From Macrostomum lignano (Eukaryota), in NCBI GenBank assembly GCA_002269645.1, contig NIVC01001645.1:159245-223244 (forward strand): a stretch of DNA of 64,000 bases. Reading direction: 5' to 3'. Both the position numbers and the translations under genes were made by a program. Positions 61,901 through 64,000 of the stretch are shown piece by piece. Position 1 is the stretch's first letter. Each line of letters begins with the position of its first letter. The notes beneath the pieces were generated by a model. The model did not search any database. It was given only the letters and a program-made list of their open reading frames with translations, and was not told the DNA's origin.

Positions 61901-64000
61901 GCAAAAAGCTTGAAGCAAGAGTTTCCAGCGGCCGCAGAAACGGTGCTCCAGTCAACCTACATGGATGACTGCCTGGATTCCAAGAAGAAAGACGCCGAAG
62001 CCATTCAGTTGTACCAGGAATTGAGTCAACTGTGGGAGCGAGCTGGCATGCACGCTCGAAAATGGATCTCCAACTTTAGAGCTGTGCTCGCATGTGTCTC
62101 ACCAGAAGATAGAGCAGCGGAGGTGAGCCTAGATGGACAACCATTGCCAGTTTCGAAGACGCTTGGACTCGTCTGGAAAAGTGAGGAAGACGAGTTCACG
62201 TTTGCTGCAGGCAGCGAGCCGAGCCCAGTCAAATCAAAGAGGGAGCTGCTCAAAAGATTGGCGTCAGTTTACGATCCTCTAGGCCTCATCACACCATTCA
62301 TCGCTCAGGCGAAAATACTGCTCCAGGAATTGTGGTGCAGCGGACTCGATTGGGATGAAATACCGGGCGAAGCGCTGCTGAAGAGGATCCAAGTGTGATG
62401 TGCTGACCTGGCCAAGCTGAACTGCATCCGATTCCATCGCTGTCTACAGCTCCCGAGTGTGCCTAGTCGGGCTCAGCTGCACTGCTTTGCCGACGCTTCT
62501 GAAAAGGCCTACGGAGCGGTGTGCTACCTCAGATGCGAGTACTCCGACGCGTCGAAATCAGTTCGCCTCATCGCTGCGAAGTCTCGAGTCGCACCCGTAG
62601 CAACCATGAGCATCCCAAGGCTGGAGTTGATGGCAGCGTTCACTGGGCTGCATCTAACCGTCAAGGTTGCCAAGGCGCTGGAGATAAGCATCAAAGATGC
62701 AGTTTTCTGGACAGACAGCATGAACGTCCTCTTTTGGATTCGAGGTAGAGGCCGTTTTTTCAAGCCTTTTGTTGCGAATCGCATCGGAGAAATCCAGCAG
62801 ACAACTGATCCGAACCAGTGGAGACACGTGCCAACGGCGTGCAATCCTGCCGATCTGCTGTCAAGAGGAGCAACAATAGTTCAGCTAGCCGAGGATCAGA
62901 AATGGAAAAGCGGTCCGGAATTTCTACAGCACGAAGACTGCACTTGGCCAAGCACTCTGTTGGAGCGACCAGAGAACCTAGAGATAAGAAACTCTGTGAA
63001 AGATTCTGGCGCGGCTGAAACTGTCATGTGTACGACTCTTGCTCGCTGCGAGCCACCAAAGGGAATAGAGCGGCTTGACCCTAGCAGGTTCTCCCGTTGG
63101 ACGCGTTTCGTGCGGTTGAGTGCCTGATTAGCAGATTCGCCAACAATTGCCGACTCGAACCCCAGTATCGAATTCGAGGAGAGCTGCAACCATCGGAGCT
63201 GAGGATGCGGAGCTGAGAGTAATTAAGGAGGCGCAGAAAGATGCATTTAGTGCGGAGCTTGCTGCTTTGAGAAAGAATAAGAGTGTTGCTGAGAGTAGCA
63301 AACTAGCTGGCTTGCATCCAAAACTTGACCTGAGTGACGTCATCCGTTCGGAAAGTCGCCTCCAGCTCGCCGAGGCACTGCCTGTTAGCGTCAGATCGCC
63401 GATCATCTTGCCGAAGTGCCATCCGGTAACGTGCGATGCAGCTGCGCCATCACAAGCACCATCACGAACAGCGTATCACCCGGCACCAACAAGTGCTCGC
63501 GGCAGTGACTGCTCGATTTTGGATCCCAGCAGGCCGAGAGGCAATTCGAGCTTGGGAGGCCAAGTGTGCTGAATGCAAAAGAAAGAAAAGCCCAACCAGC
63601 TTCACAGTTGATGGCGCCATTGCCTCCAGGTCAGCTAGAACCGTTAAGAGCGTTCACAAGAGTCTCACTCGACTTCGGAGGACCGTTTCTGACGAAGCAG
63701 GGTCGCGGGACGTGTTCGGCAGAAAAGATACTTGGCGCTCTTCACTTGCATGGCCACGCGTGCAGTTCACTTAGAGATGGCGTACGGCCTTGATACAAGC
63801 AGCTTCCTAAATGCTTTGTTCCGCATGATCAACCGCCGAGGACAAGTTGAGGAAATTTATTCTGACAACGGAACCAATTTTGTTGGGTTGGCGCGGATAG
63901 AGAGCTGAATGAGCTCTGGAAGGCGATGGACAAAACTCTTTGCAGTCGCGCACATCTCACGTTCGGATTAAGTAGAGGGCACTTCAATCCGCCTGCGGCT

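Larger units (their letters stand above)
58345..64000 (+). mobile_element. Degenerate BEL/Pao LTR retrotransposon (gag-PR-RT-RH-IN), antisense within a GABA-B-like gene intron, truncated by window end
   Basis: Gag from ATG 59042 with DUF1759-like IPTFYGE and three Cys/His knuckles; protease ALLDDAS; RT KVRIVFDAS/YMDD; RNase H LHCFADASEKAYG; integrase [18 protein letters not shown]; stops at 61544, 62396, 63125 and several frameshifts. Confidence 0.93.

Overview
This is eukaryotic (animal) genomic DNA with spliceosomal GT-AG introns. GC-rich, Ala/Gln/Pro-tract-rich exons and minisatellite-filled introns resemble a free-living flatworm such as Macrostomum; that taxon is an inference. Exon chains built by hand with consistent splice phases give: (1) the 3' part of an SLC6 sodium:neurotransmitter symporter (+); (2) a complete sphingosine-1-phosphate phosphatase (-); (3) a COMTD1-like O-methyltransferase with a stop and a frameshift (+); (4) a ZU5-ZU5-UPA-death-domain protein, DTHD1/PIDD-like, with one frameshift (+); (5) an unidentified disordered protein (-); (6) an HMGB protein (-); (7) a decayed 4-exon gene relic (+) that may overlap (8) the 3' part of a GABA-B-type class C GPCR (-); and (9) a degenerate BEL/Pao LTR retrotransposon with a tRNA-iMet primer site, cut by the window end. 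In the first 30 kb almost every intron carries its own tandem array. The AT-rich 34-51 kb region instead holds TIR elements, long inverted repeats with CpG-decay signatures and recurrent palindromic octamers. There is no CRISPR array, rRNA or intact tRNA. Most long ORFs in the supplied track are artefacts of tandem repeats.
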